From NCBI GenBank assembly GCA_965116495.1, contig OZ220696.1, positions 2,272,001-2,336,000 of the forward strand: a stretch of DNA of 64,000 nt, read 5' to 3'. Positions 1 through 10,449 of this stretch are shown piece after piece. Origin of the DNA: Gammaproteobacteria bacterium (GTDB taxonomy: Bacteria > Pseudomonadota > Gammaproteobacteria > Eutrophobiales > Eutrophobiaceae). A model generated the notes under the pieces. That model did not search any database, was not told the origin of the DNA, and saw only the letters and a program-made list of their open reading frames with translations. The first letter of the stretch is position 1. Each line of letters opens with the position of its first letter. Both the position numbers and the translations under genes were made by a program.

Positions 1-648
1 GCTTGAGACCGAGACACTTCCCGCCAGGGTCTCGCCCATGGGAATATTGACATAACCATTTACGTCGATACGGTCATAACTTCCGGTCGTCACTTCCGCC
101 CTGCCATGGAGGCTCTCAGTCGTCGGCTTTTTGGTGACCACGGAGATAGCGCCGCCGATGGTGTTGCGCCCGAACAAGGTGCCTTGGGGACCGCGTAATA
201 CTTCGATTCGCTCGACATCCGCCGTATCCATCACCTGGCCGATACTGCGAGCAATATACACGCCGTCCAGGTAAACACCGACTCCCGGGTCAACCGGCAA
301 GGCCCAGTCGGCGCTGCCTACGCCGCGAATCATGATAATGGCAGCCGAATTACCGGCAGCAATGGGGGAGGTGAAATCGAACACAACGTTAGGCGTAAAT
401 TCCCCGAGATCGGCAAAATCCACCATGCCCCGTTGTTCTATGTCATCGGCCGTAAATGCGGCTACCGAAATAGGTGTGTCCTGCAAACTCTCCTCCCGCT
501 TGCGCGCAGTCACTACAATTTCTTCCAGGGCGCCGGCTTGTGCCAGCAACTCGGTCGTTGCAGTTCCAAGCAGGCAGGCAAACAAGATGAGCTGGGCAAT
601 ACCTGCTACGGTTTTTCCTGACACATTTGCGGTTTCATGATATATCAT
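1..648 (-). CDS. TonB-dependent receptor (N-terminal part; runs off window edge)
   Basis: Manual minus-strand translation from ATG at 648: signal-like segment, then ALEEIVVTARKREESLQDTPISVAAF (TonB box/plug start), and further on IERIEVLRGPQGTLFGRNTIGGAI. Confidence 0.92.
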   Translation of the reverse strand, partial: MIYHETANVSGKTVAGIAQLILFACLLGTATTELLAQAGALEEIVVTARKREESLQDTPISVAAFTADDIEQRGMVDFADLGEFTPNVVFDFTSPIAAGNSAAIIMIRGVGSADWALPVDPGVGVYLDGVYIARSIGQVMDTADVERIEVLRGPQGTLFGRNTIGGAISVVTKKPTTESLHGRAEVTTGSYDRIDVNGYVNIPMGETLAGSVSVSS

Positions 649-696
649 ATCGGACACCCTAGTGTTGGTTGAAGATATTCAAGAGTTATTCTAACA

Positions 697-720
697 TGGT
701 ATGTAGTATACAGTATACCA
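697..720. promoter_or_regulatory. Putative GntR-family operator between divergent receptor and regulator genes
   Basis: TGGTATGTAGTATACAGTATACCA contains the palindrome GTATAC-A-GTATAC (706-718) in the divergent promoter region. Confidence 0.55.
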
Positions 721-780
721 AAACTTCACATTTAAATTTTACCACACTGAATTTTGCAACCATGAGGTTTGCCCCGGCTC

Positions 781-1440
781 ATGTCTCTCAAGAAGATCCC
801 TCAAAAAAAATCGTTGCGTGACAAGGCTTATGCATCATTAAGAAAAGCCTTGTTCCAAGGCGTTTTCAAGCCCAACCAGAAAATTACGGAATACGAGATT
901 GCAAAAGCGCTGGGTGTTTCCCGCACGCCGGTCAGGGAGGCGCTGAACCTGTTCAGGAGCCAGGGGATATTAAGGCAAAATCGTGGAGGATCGTATGTTT
1001 TTATTCTCCCCACCCTTGAGCAAATTGAGGACATATTCGAAATGCGACGGGTTTTAGAACCCCTGGCCGCAAAAAAGGTCATCGGAAATTGCACTGAAAC
1101 TGATATAGACAGACTTGAAGTAATCGTCGGTAAGGAAGAGGAGGCGCTCGATGTAAAGGACTCATCCGGTTTTTTTCAACTCAACATGGAATTCCGTACG
1201 ACACTGTTTAATCTGTGTGGCAATGAGAGCCTGGCAAAAACAATTAATAGTTTTATGGAGTACATCTATTTTATCGGCATGCTTACCCTGAAAAAGAAAT
1301 CGGTACGCGAACTGGTTATTCAAATCCATACAAAAATTATCCAGGCCTTGAGAAAAAACGATGAGACAACCCTGGTTGTAGTCATCAATGAACACCTGGA
1401 CCATGCCATTGATGCCATCAGAAAGGAATTGACTGCGTAA
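781..1440 (+). CDS. GntR-family (FCD) transcriptional regulator
   Basis: wHTH EYEIAKALGVSRTPVREAL plus FCD-like C-terminus. ATG at 781 chosen over TTG at 769. Confidence 0.92.
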   Translation: MSLKKIPQKKSLRDKAYASLRKALFQGVFKPNQKITEYEIAKALGVSRTPVREALNLFRSQGILRQNRGGSYVFILPTLEQIEDIFEMRRVLEPLAAKKVIGNCTETDIDRLEVIVGKEEEALDVKDSSGFFQLNMEFRTTLFNLCGNESLAKTINSFMEYIYFIGMLTLKKKSVRELVIQIHTKIIQALRKNDETTLVVVINEHLDHAIDAIRKELTA

Positions 1441-1973
1441 CGTGGAGATTATTCCCATGCGCAACATGAATTCCATAGTAGAACCATCTGGTGCTTGCCG
1501 GGAATGCCGGTAATGAGGTCAGGTCGGCGGACTTCGGCGCTTTTGACCACCACTTAGCATCTGCTGGTTTTCAACTGGCCGGACAGGTCTGTCCGGACCG
1601 TGAGGAAACAGCGTTAATCGGTCACATCGAGAAGGCGCTCAAGTTCACTGATTATTGCGAGCGCCGCTCGGGCCTTTGAAGAACGAATATCCGTTACTTG
1701 CTGAGGAACACTACTGTGACAATAATCACCCTTCAGGGACAACCGCATTATCTATCTGATAGCCATGCATTGATAAGTCCAGACTGCATGTCACCAGGCC
1801 GCTTGCCAGCCGTCCAGGCTGGCCGTTGAACTTGCTTTGTCGCGGCTGATACGAAGAAAAGTGCGTCTTGACGACAGGCCTAATCCACGCCACCGTCGAT
1901 AAGTATTCCGCAATCGCAACGTTTCAGCCTCAAGAATTGCAACACTATTCCTTGCCGTTCTAACTAGATATCC

Positions 1974-2092
1974 TGAATCGCCACGGGAATTCCGGAGACC
2001 CGTTAGTGTGAGTTATGCGGCTTTGCATGACCGGTTATTCTCATCACAGTACATCTGTTCGAATTCAGCCGGTGGCACATTGCCGATGGACC
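1974..2092 (-). mobile_element. IS3-family right-end remnant (IRR plus last codons of transposase)
   Basis: Minus strand encodes SIGNVPPAEFEQMY, a typical IS3/IS51-group OrfB C-terminus. It ends GTCTCCGGAATTCCCGTGGCGATTCA, an IS3-like terminal repeat ending in CA. Confidence 0.75.
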
Positions 2093-2242
2093 GCTCCCCT
2101 CAAAAGCCTCCGAGGCGCGGGCCGGCAACCGGCTCTTCCATTGTGTGCTCTGGTTGGCGTGTATATCGACGTGTTCCGATAATTCCACGAGCGTTTTATC
2201 GCCTTACTTTATCTATATTATCAATAAGTTATACAATTAGAC

Positions 2243-2333
2243 TGGCGGAGAGAGAGGGATTCGAACCCTCGATGGGCTTTCAACCCATACTCCCTTAGCA
2301 GGGGAGCGCCTTCAGCCACTCGGCCACCTCTCC
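2243..2333 (-). tRNA. serV: tRNA-Ser(GCT)
   Basis: GGAGAGGTGGCCGAGTGG...CTCCC-CTGCTAA-GGGAG, long variable arm, GGTTCGAATCC, encoded CCA end. Lies downstream of csrA. Confidence 0.97.
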
Positions 2334-2412
2334 GTGTTTACGCGTAAATAGCCATCCCAAGATGCAAGGACCAGGGGTCTGAACCCCCCTGTACAAGATG
2401 ACCAGGTGCTGA

Positions 2413-2649
2413 TTACGTGTTTACGTCATCGCCCTCCGGTTCGTCCATGTATTCCTGAGCGAGTTGGGCTTTCGCCTGCTTTACCTTTTCCAGTTGGATA
2501 CGTTCGTAAATTTCCTCCCGGTGTACTGCAATTTCCTTTGGAGCATTTACCCCGATCCGAACCTGGTTCCCGCGTATTCCCAGTATGGTCACATTGACGT
2601 CATCCCCAATCATGAGGGACTCGCCAATTCTGCGTGTTAATATCAGCAT
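2413..2649 (-). CDS. csrA: Carbon storage regulator CsrA
   Basis: [18 protein letters not shown]...[11 protein letters not shown]. Confidence 0.98.
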   Translation of the reverse strand: MLILTRRIGESLMIGDDVNVTILGIRGNQVRIGVNAPKEIAVHREEIYERIQLEKVKQAKAQLAQEYMDEPEGDDVNT

Positions 2650-2769
2650 CTCTATTTCTCCTGTTTTTTCCCTAGGTAATTATTATATTAGCTTTTTCCG
2701 ACGACAATTTCCGTATTTTTTGATGCAACCCATTGAGGAACCGCTGATTAAATCAGAGTTTCCCCCTGA

Positions 2770-4014
2770 CTACCCCGCCGCATCATCGACTATGTCGCCA
2801 TCGCCTTCCAAGCCGAATGCAGAGTGTAACGTCCTTACGCCCAATTCCAAATACTTTTCGGCAACAACTACTGAAATTTTTATTTCGGACGTGGATATCA
2901 TCTGTATATTGATACCCTCACCAGCCAGGGCGGAAAACATCCTGCTGGCGATCCCGGCATGGGAGCGCATGCCCACTCCCACCACGGAAATCTTGACAAT
3001 CCGGTCATCCCCCTGGACTTCCTTGGCGCCCAGGCCCCGGGCAGTTTTATCCAGTAACGCCATGGCCCTGTTGAAATCAGTCCGGTGTACGGTGAAGGTA
3101 AAATCCGTCGTATTGTCCACCCCGACATTCTGTACGATCATATCTACCTCGATACCGCCATCTGCGATGGGACCCAGTATCGCGCCGGCAATGCCGGGCT
3201 CATCCGGTACACCAAGCAGCGTCAACTTTGCCTCGTCACGATTGTGGGCAATACCTGCAATTAGCGCCTGTTCCATTTCTTCATCCTCATCTGCAATCAG
3301 CGTGCCCGGTCCCTCCGTAAAAGAGGAGAGGACCCGTAATGGTACTTTATATTTATTGGCAAATTCCACAGAACGTATCTGCAGCACTTTCGCCCCCAGG
3401 CTGGCCAGTTCCAGCATTTCCTCGTAGGAAATCTTGTCCATGCGTTTCGCCTCCGGAACGATCCGGGGATCCGCAGTATAGACTCCGTCCACGTCCGTAT
3501 ATATCCTGCATTCATCGGCACCAAGCGCCACTGCCATGGCAACGGCAGTGGTGTCCGTACCGCCACGCCCAAGCGTGGTGATATTACCGTTTTCGTCAAT
3601 ACCCTGAAATCCCGCGATGACGACGATTTTATGGCCGGCCAGATCTTTTTTTACACGCGCCGACTCGATATCAACAATGCGGGCCTTGTTGTGAACGTTG
3701 TCCGTGAGGATATGAACCTGGCCGCCGGTGTAGGAAACGGCGGTATAATTTCTTTCCTGTAACACCATGGTCAACAGGGCTATGGTCACTTGCTCGCCGG
3801 TGGACAACAACACATCCAATTCACGGGAATCCGGATTTTTTGCCACCTGGCCTGCCAGGTCGATGAGCCGGTCCGTCTCACCTGCCATGGCCGAAAGAAC
3901 CACTACCACCTGGTATCCCTGTTTGCGCGTGGCTATAACGATATCGGCAACCGCCTTGATCCGTTCGATCGTAGCGACCGATGTACCGCCGAATTTTTGA
4001 ACGATAAGGGACAT
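2770..4014 (-). CDS. lysC: Aspartate kinase
   Basis: True start MSLIVQKFGGTSV (ATG 4014), TTLGRGGTDTTA, ACT domains. Confidence 0.97.
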   Translation of the reverse strand: MSLIVQKFGGTSVATIERIKAVADIVIATRKQGYQVVVVLSAMAGETDRLIDLAGQVAKNPDSRELDVLLSTGEQVTIALLTMVLQERNYTAVSYTGGQVHILTDNVHNKARIVDIESARVKKDLAGHKIVVIAGFQGIDENGNITTLGRGGTDTTAVAMAVALGADECRIYTDVDGVYTADPRIVPEAKRMDKISYEEMLELASLGAKVLQIRSVEFANKYKVPLRVLSSFTEGPGTLIADEDEEMEQALIAGIAHNRDEAKLTLLGVPDEPGIAGAILGPIADGGIEVDMIVQNVGVDNTTDFTFTVHRTDFNRAMALLDKTARGLGAKEVQGDDRIVKISVVGVGMRSHAGIASRMFSALAGEGINIQMISTSEIKISVVVAEKYLELGVRTLHSAFGLEGDGDIVDDAAG

Positions 4015-4024
4015 GGCTGGAATT

Positions 4025-6664
4025 TTACCTGAATTTCTGCGCCACCCAACCGGGCACGCTTGCCAGCGCGCTTTGCAGGCCGGACGGATTATTGCCGCCG
4101 GCCTGGGCAAGGTCCGGGCGGCCGCCGCCCCTGCCACCGACTTGTTGTGCGACATAATTGACCAGGTCGCCGGCTTGCACTCTATCCGTGCTGTCTTTTG
4201 TCACCCCCGCCACCAGGCTGACTTTATCGCCCTTGACCGTACCCAGGACGATAACGGCCGTACCCAGCTTGCTCTTCAACTGGTCGACCGTATCCCGCAA
4301 TGCCTTCGGGTCGGCGCCATCCAGTCTACGCGCCAGGACGTGAATACCGTTGATGATCTCAGCCTGCCTGCTCAATTCCGCGCCTGCCTGGCCGGCCATT
4401 TTTTCCTTTACCTGTTCCATTTCCTTTTCAATACGTCTCGAGCGTTCCAGCACCTGCTCCAGCTTTGCCGTGAGTTTGTTCCGATCAGACTTCAACAACC
4501 GGGCCAGGTCGTCCAACTGCGCTTCTTCGGCTTCAACCAGTGCCAGCGCGCCCAGACCGGTGACGGCCTCTACCCGCCGTATGCCGGCGGCGATCCCGGT
4601 CTCCGCGACGAACTTGAACAAGCCGATGTCTCCGGCGCGCGCCACGTGGGTGCCGCCGCACAACTCCACCGAAAAATCGCCGCCGATGTTCAATACCCGA
4701 ACCTGTTCGTCGTATTTCTCACCGAACAATGACATGGCGCCGGACTTGAGCGCCTGATCCAGGGGCATCATGCGTATTTCAGTATCGATGTTTTCCAGTA
4801 TCTTGCGGTTGACAAGCCGTTCTATCTGCAACAGTTGCTGTTCCGAAACCGGTTCCGGATGGGAAAAATCAAAGCGCAGGCGATCTGGCGCCACCAGGGA
4901 ACCCTGCTGGGTTACATGCTCGCCCAGTACTTCCCGTAACGCGGCATGCAGCAGATGTGTGGCCGAGTGGTTGCGTACCGTATTGATGCGCGTTGACCCA
5001 TTCACCTGTGCACTGACCTGCTGGCCGGTTTGTAATGTACCACTGGTTACCCGGCCCAGGTGAACACAGACATTACCCTGCTTTTTTGTGTCATCGACGT
5101 TGAATACACCCGAATCCGAAACCAGTTCGCCCTGGTCTCCTACCTGGCCGCCGGACTCCGCGTAGAACGGGGTCTGGTCAAGCACAATAGCGCCTGTCTG
5201 CCCCTCTTCAAGCCGGGTAACAGCCTGGTTATCCAGCATCAATGCAGTGACTTTCCCGTTAACGCGCAGTGCATCGTAACCTTTGAAAACGGAGGCAGGG
5301 ATATGGGTGACGGTAGGCTCAGGGACATGGATGCTTACATTCACGCCGTCCGCATCTACGGCAAATTTATTCGCCCGCCGTGACCGTTGGCGTTGCTCCT
5401 CCATACACTGTTCAAAACCCGCCTGGTCCAATTCAAGACCCTGCTCGCGGGCAATATCGGCGGTCAGGTCCACGGGGAAACCGTAAGTATCATACAACTT
5501 GAAGACAACATCGCCCGGGATAGTGCCGGAGACAAGTGTGCCGACGGCTGCCTCCAGGTGTTTAAGACCTTGCTGTAGGGTCTCGGCAAACCGTTCCTCT
5601 TCCTGCTTCAGGGTGTTCGTCACGGACTCTTTTGCCCGGGTCAACTCAGGGCAGGCACCTCCCATGACATCATCCAGGGGCTCTACCAGCTTATGAAAGA
5701 ACGGTTCATTGAAACCCAGTTTGGCCCCATGCCGTATTGCGCGACGGATGATACGCCGCAGTACGTAACCCCTGCCCTCATTGGTCGGTATAACCCCGTC
5801 TGCGACCAGAAAAGCGCAGGAACGGATATGATCGGCAATCACCCGGGTGGAGACGAGGTCCGTCGTATGTTCTCCCGCCAGGGAGTGCACCGCGTCGATC
5901 AGGGGACGGAACAAGTCCGTCTCGTAGTTGTTGCTGGCACCCTGCAACAGCGCCGCGGCCCGCTCGAGGCCCATGCCTGTATCGACGGACGGTCTTGGCA
6001 GGGGATGCAGTTCACCCTGGGCGTCACGGTTGAATTCCATGAAGACCAGGTTCCAGATTTCAACATAGCGGTCACCGTCCTGATCGGCACTGCCAGGGGG
6101 ACCGCCCGGCACTGCCTCGCCGTAATCATAAAAAATCTCGCTGCACGGCCCGCAGGGACCGGTATCTCCCATCGACCAGAAGTTGTCTTTATCTCCACAA
6201 CGGCTGAACCGGTCTTTAGCGACTCCGATCTGATGCAACCAGATGGCCTCCGCCTCGGCGTCATCCCGGTACACGGTGACCCAGAGCCTGTCCTTCGGGA
6301 TGGCCAGTTCGCCGGTGAGAAACTCCCAGGCATAGTGGATGGCCTGTTCCTTGAAATAATCGCCGAAGCTGAAATTGCCCAGCATCTCGAAAAAGGTGTG
6401 GTGGCGGGCAGTGTAGCCCACGTTCTCCAGGTCGTTGTGCTTACCGCCGGCGCGTACACAGCGCTGGGCGGTGACGGCGCGCGGGCAGGCGCGCTGCTCA
6501 AGCCCGAGGAATACCTCCTTGAACTGCACCATGCCGGCATTGGTGAACAACAGCGTCGGATCGTTGGCAGGCACCAGAGGCGAGCTTGCCACCACTTCGT
6601 GCCCTCTGCGCTCGAAATATTCCAGGAACCGCCGGCGAATGTCGTTTGCTTGGATGTACTTCAT
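4025..6664 (-). CDS. alaS: Alanine--tRNA ligase
   Basis: [33 protein letters not shown], editing motifs NHSATHLLH and ELCGGTH. Confidence 0.99.
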   Translation of the reverse strand: MKYIQANDIRRRFLEYFERRGHEVVASSPLVPANDPTLLFTNAGMVQFKEVFLGLEQRACPRAVTAQRCVRAGGKHNDLENVGYTARHHTFFEMLGNFSFGDYFKEQAIHYAWEFLTGELAIPKDRLWVTVYRDDAEAEAIWLHQIGVAKDRFSRCGDKDNFWSMGDTGPCGPCSEIFYDYGEAVPGGPPGSADQDGDRYVEIWNLVFMEFNRDAQGELHPLPRPSVDTGMGLERAAALLQGASNNYETDLFRPLIDAVHSLAGEHTTDLVSTRVIADHIRSCAFLVADGVIPTNEGRGYVLRRIIRRAIRHGAKLGFNEPFFHKLVEPLDDVMGGACPELTRAKESVTNTLKQEEERFAETLQQGLKHLEAAVGTLVSGTIPGDVVFKLYDTYGFPVDLTADIAREQGLELDQAGFEQCMEEQRQRSRRANKFAVDADGVNVSIHVPEPTVTHIPASVFKGYDALRVNGKVTALMLDNQAVTRLEEGQTGAIVLDQTPFYAESGGQVGDQGELVSDSGVFNVDDTKKQGNVCVHLGRVTSGTLQTGQQVSAQVNGSTRINTVRNHSATHLLHAALREVLGEHVTQQGSLVAPDRLRFDFSHPEPVSEQQLLQIERLVNRKILENIDTEIRMMPLDQALKSGAMSLFGEKYDEQVRVLNIGGDFSVELCGGTHVARAGDIGLFKFVAETGIAAGIRRVEAVTGLGALALVEAEEAQLDDLARLLKSDRNKLTAKLEQVLERSRRIEKEMEQVKEKMAGQAGAELSRQAEIINGIHVLARRLDGADPKALRDTVDQLKSKLGTAVIVLGTVKGDKVSLVAGVTKDSTDRVQAGDLVNYVAQQVGGRGGGRPDLAQAGGNNPSGLQSALASVPGWVAQKFR

Positions 6665-6672
6665 CCCGTTAA

Positions 6673-7125
6673 TCAGTCACTTGTATTGAATACCCTCTGG
6701 GTCTGTTCGGAGGTAAAACCGCGATACAGCAGAAAACGGGACTGTCTTGCCTGCTCCCTGAAATCGGCCGGTGCCTGCCGGCCGAACTTTTTCTTCCGGA
6801 CTGACTGGATGCGTTCATCCCAATCCAGATCCATTCCGGCCAACACCTGCTTTACAAGCGTCCCGGTAATGCCTCGCTCGTACAGTTCCCGGGAGATCCG
6901 CACCGGTCCATACCCTTTAGCCACACGGCTGAGGATATACGCCTCGGTATAGCGCACATCATCCTGCACCCCCGCTGTTTTAAGCCCTACCAGGACTTCC
7001 CCGACAGCTTCCGGACCGTATCCACGCGCCTGCAGTTTTTGTTGCAACTCCTGTTCGGAATGCTCGCGCCGGGCGAGCAGGTCTATTGCCCGCTTCCTGA
7101 TCTCCGTTGTCCGACCGTAACTCAG
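6673..7125 (-). CDS. recX: Regulatory protein RecX (start probably CTG at 7125)
   Basis: Frame extends upstream of the ORF track call through [20 protein letters not shown] and ends RFLLYRGF. Directly follows recA. Confidence 0.9.
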   Translation of the reverse strand: MSYGRTTEIRKRAIDLLARREHSEQELQQKLQARGYGPEAVGEVLVGLKTAGVQDDVRYTEAYILSRVAKGYGPVRISRELYERGITGTLVKQVLAGMDLDWDERIQSVRKKKFGRQAPADFREQARQSRFLLYRGFTSEQTQRVFNTSD

Positions 7126-8165
7126 GTCCGGGGCTCCTCCGCCGTTTCCGCCACAGCAGGCTGGGGCAGGATTTTACCTCTCACTGCGTGCTCAATTTCC
7201 GCTGCAATCTCGGGATTCTCCTGCAGGTAATCGCGCACGTTGTCTTTTCCCTGGCCTATGCGCGAGCCGTTGTAGCCATACCAGGCGCCGGTTTTTTCAA
7301 TGATGCCGTGTTGTACGCCCATACTGATAATTTCACCTTCACGGGAGATGCCACGGCCATACAGGATATCGAATTTTGTTTCCTTAAACGGCGGCGCCAC
7401 CTTGTTCTTGACCACCTTGACGCGGGTTTCGTTGCCTACGACTTCATCGTTTTTCTTTATGGCGCCGATCCTGCGGATTTCCATACGCACGGATGAATAA
7501 AACTTCAGTGCGTTACCTCCGGTAGTCGTTTCCGGGTTGCCGAACATCACGCCGATCTTCATGCGGATCTGGTTGATAAAGATTACCAGCGTGTTGGAGC
7601 GTTTGATGTTTGCCGTGAGCTTCCTCAGGGCCTGGGACATCAACCGGGCCTGCAAGCCCATGTGGCTGTCACCCATTTCCCCTTCAATTTCCGCCTTGGG
7701 TGTCAATGCCGCGACGGAGTCGATAATGATCAGGTCTGTGGCGCCGGATCGAACCAGCATGTCGGTGATCTCCAGGGCCTGTTCACCCGTATCCGGCTGG
7801 GAGACCAGCAGCTCTGCAATTTCGACCCCAAGTTTCCCTGCGTAGCTCGGGTCCAGGGCGTGTTCCGCGTCCACAAACGCTGCCGTACCGCCGGCTTTCT
7901 GTATTTCCGCGGCCACGTGCAGGGCCAGGGTGGTCTTGCCGGATGATTCCGGGCCGTAAATTTCGACGACCCGCCCCCGGGGCAATCCGCCTATCCCCAG
8001 CGCCAGGTCCAGTCCCAGTGATCCCGTGGATACGGCGCTTATGTCATGGATAATGGACCCGTCCCCCATGCGCATGATTGAGCCCTTGCCGAATTGCTTT
8101 TCAATTTGCCCCAAGGCAATGTCCAGGGCCTGTTTTTTCTTCTCGTCCACTGAATCTCTCGTCAT
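7122..8165 (-). CDS. recA: Recombinase RecA
   Basis: [37 protein letters not shown]. Confidence 0.99.
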   Translation of the reverse strand: MTRDSVDEKKKQALDIALGQIEKQFGKGSIMRMGDGSIIHDISAVSTGSLGLDLALGIGGLPRGRVVEIYGPESSGKTTLALHVAAEIQKAGGTAAFVDAEHALDPSYAGKLGVEIAELLVSQPDTGEQALEITDMLVRSGATDLIIIDSVAALTPKAEIEGEMGDSHMGLQARLMSQALRKLTANIKRSNTLVIFINQIRMKIGVMFGNPETTTGGNALKFYSSVRMEIRRIGAIKKNDEVVGNETRVKVVKNKVAPPFKETKFDILYGRGISREGEIISMGVQHGIIEKTGAWYGYNGSRIGQGKDNVRDYLQENPEIAAEIEHAVRGKILPQPAVAETAEEPRT

Positions 8166-8235
8166 CAGTCAGTTAATCAACGTATACATTATCCCATAAA
8201 TCACATCTCGTCTGGTATTTCTTATATGCCCTGCA

Positions 8236-8529
8236 TCACTTCAGATTATTGATAACCAGGGACAGGTTGAAGATTACCAGTAATACCATGATCGCCCGGA
8301 AGACAATGCCAAGAGCGCCACTCTTCGGCGCATACGCCCACATCACGCCGCCAACGACAATGGAGCCGACCAGGAAGGCCAGCGCTGCCGGTCCGGTCAA
8401 AAAATCCACCACCGTCTGAAACGCGTTGGTGATAAAATCCAGCGGCCCTCCAGTCGTGCCGATATCAAATTCGGCGCGCAGGGTACCGGGGGAAACAAGC
8501 AATCCAAGCAAATAGATACAATCACGCAT
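8236..8529 (-). CDS. TrbC/VirB2-like conjugative-type pilin
   Basis: Signal-like N-terminus and two hydrophobic helices with a FLTGPAALA...G motif; 97 aa. Confidence 0.65.
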   Translation of the reverse strand: MRDCIYLLGLLVSPGTLRAEFDIGTTGGPLDFITNAFQTVVDFLTGPAALAFLVGSIVVGGVMWAYAPKSGALGIVFRAIMVLLVIFNLSLVINNLK

Positions 8530-8550
8530 CTTACATCTCCTGATTTGGTA

Positions 8551-8859
8551 TTAGTCGGTAAACATGAACGGTCTGTCAGCGACCCGGTCTGCACACAGGC
8601 AGGTAATCCGTTTCAGCAACCTTTTTCTGATTACATACAACCATACTGCTATACCGTTCGGGTCATTCCGGCAAACGAGGTTAAGCACCAGCAGGCCGAA
8701 ACTGAAAATCACTGAAAACAGTACTAACGAGCGCAACTGCACTCCCAGTAAGGCAGACGCGGCAAAAAGGAATAAAACTGCATTGGCGGGATAGCCAAAG
8801 TACCGCTTATGCGCGGTTAAGGACGACCTGTTACTGTAAGCATCTTCCCTGGTATCCAT
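8551..8859 (-). CDS. VirB3/TrbD-like membrane protein
   Basis: SLT...FGYP, two TM segments, then RNDP; 102 aa; adjacent to a VirB2-like gene. Confidence 0.6.
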   Translation of the reverse strand: MDTREDAYSNRSSLTAHKRYFGYPANAVLFLFAASALLGVQLRSLVLFSVIFSFGLLVLNLVCRNDPNGIAVWLYVIRKRLLKRITCLCADRVADRPFMFTD

Positions 8860-9004
8860 AAACTTCCCTCAAACTCAGTATTGCTTAAATCTCCCTGTCT
8901 GTGTCGGTGTGATACTGCCGATGTATTTATAAACAATTTCCGGCGGGGAGTCAAATTATAATGCCGGTAACGAACCCGGTACCACGGGGAAACGGGTAAA
9001 ACAG

Positions 9005-10300
9005 CTACCCCAGGTTTTTCGCCTCCCTGGCGGCAGCCAGCAATGCGAGCCGGGCTATGACGCCGTAGGAATAAAACCGGTTCGGATGGGCATCCGGTGA
9101 CTGCTCCTTGTCAGGTGAAATACAACACTCATCAAAGGCCAGCCGTTCGAAATACATGCCCGGGGAATTGAGGTTCTCATTCGTGGCCCGTTGCGGATGC
9201 ACCCGGTAAAAACCTCCTACTACGTTCTGGTCTACCAGGTAAACGACCGGTTCCGCCACCATACCGGGACTACCCCAGGTTTCATGGGTGTATATGCCTT
9301 CCTGGGTGATCGCCTTGGTCACTTTTTGTCCTTCCTTGATGGTGGCCATTTTCGTCCTCTGTTTTCGGTTCAGTTCCGAGATATCCTCGGCGCTGTGGAC
9401 GGGCATCACGCCCATGCCGTAAGTGCCGGAATCCGCCTTGATCATTACGAACGGCTCATTGTTTACGCCGTACTCATCATATTTTTTCTGGATGGCATTA
9501 AGCAGTGAATCAACGTTCCTGGACAAACAGGATTCGCCTTCACGTTTCATGAAGTCCACTTCCCCGCAGTTGCGGAACATGGGATCGATCAGCCACGGAT
9601 CAATATCCAGCAACGCGGCAAATTCCTGGGCGATGTCCCGGTAAAACCCGAAATGCACGGACTTGAGCCGATCCGACCAACCCAGGCTGAGCGGCGGCAT
9701 GACCATTTGATCCGCTCCCTGCAGGAACTCCGGTATCCCGGACGATAAGTCATTGTTCAGTATCAACAGTTCCGGCCGGAAGTCGTTGACGACCAGGCTG
9801 GTACCCTCTCGCCGCAACGGTTCCAGGTGGATGGATGAACCGCTGTCCAAATCGATTTGTATTCCCTCGCCCAGGTCCTGCAGCAGCGAACCCAGCCGGG
9901 CCTCGAAGCCGGCCTTTTCAAGTATTCTCTGCAGGACGGCAAGGTTCTCGAGATAATGCCTGTTCCGGGTATGGTTCTCAGGAATGATTAAAATACGGTC
10001 CACTGGCCCATCCACTCGCTCCAGCGCCGATTGCATCGCCTGTATGCACAGGGGCTCGAAAGCCGGGTTAAGATTGTTAAACCCCGCGGGGAACAGGTTG
10101 GTATCGATGGGGGCTATCTTGTAACCCGCGTTTCTCAGGTCGACGGAAGCATACAGCGGCGCCGGTGTCTTACGCCACTGCGACCGGAACCAGGATTCAA
10201 TCCTCACCTGATAGTCCAAAATGGTGCTCTCTATGATGTTCAACGGACCGGTCAGGGCCGTTGTCAGGTGTGGTACCGCTTCTGCTGCAGTTGCAACCAT
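9005..10300 (-). CDS. gshA: Glutamate--cysteine ligase (ATP-grasp-type GshA)
   Basis: VPHLTTALTGPL, SVDLRNAGYKIAPIDTNLFPAGFNNL, KADSGTYGMG, NRFYSYGVIARLA. Confidence 0.95.
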   Translation of the reverse strand: MVATAAEAVPHLTTALTGPLNIIESTILDYQVRIESWFRSQWRKTPAPLYASVDLRNAGYKIAPIDTNLFPAGFNNLNPAFEPLCIQAMQSALERVDGPVDRILIIPENHTRNRHYLENLAVLQRILEKAGFEARLGSLLQDLGEGIQIDLDSGSSIHLEPLRREGTSLVVNDFRPELLILNNDLSSGIPEFLQGADQMVMPPLSLGWSDRLKSVHFGFYRDIAQEFAALLDIDPWLIDPMFRNCGEVDFMKREGESCLSRNVDSLLNAIQKKYDEYGVNNEPFVMIKADSGTYGMGVMPVHSAEDISELNRKQRTKMATIKEGQKVTKAITQEGIYTHETWGSPGMVAEPVVYLVDQNVVGGFYRVHPQRATNENLNSPGMYFERLAFDECCISPDKEQSPDAHPNRFYSYGVIARLALLAAAREAKNLG

Positions 10301-10394
10301 ATTCTAATCTTCCGGGTAGAAAGATTCATTATATCTTAAAGTCTCGCTGGGGACATATTTGAAATCTGTCCCTGCTACCGGCAGAGTCCATACC

Positions 10395-10449
10395 AATTTG
10401 GGACACCCATAAATTTGCGCGTTTCGGTAATTTATGGGTGTCCCAAATT
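10395..10449. repeat. 21-bp perfect inverted repeat (REP-like or terminator) after rsmE
   Basis: AATTTGGGACACCCATAAATT ... AATTTATGGGTGTCCCAAATT. A related GGGGACA..TGTCCC hairpin lies at 10349-10372. Confidence 0.8.

Noticed and set aside
1491-1970. 62-aa ORF and possible integrase remnant
   Set aside because: No recognisable motifs in the frames examined; treated as decayed DNA.
4015-4155. N-terminal extensions of lysC (and likewise ahcY 31427-31504, sulfatase 35404-35469, TPR gene to 26595)
   Set aside because: They overlap upstream genes, a riboswitch or promoter DNA; family alignment begins at the downstream Met.
2585-6952. Long plus-strand ORFs (2585-3427, 4013-4732, 5693-6952) and similar antisense ORFs across the window
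   Set aside because: They are shadow frames of well-supported genes on the opposite strand in GC-rich DNA.
8921-8936. LexA box ATGTATTTATAAACAA upstream of the virB3-like gene
   Set aside because: Both outer conserved bases of CTGT-N8-ACAG are mismatched in AT-rich DNA, so it is too weak to call.
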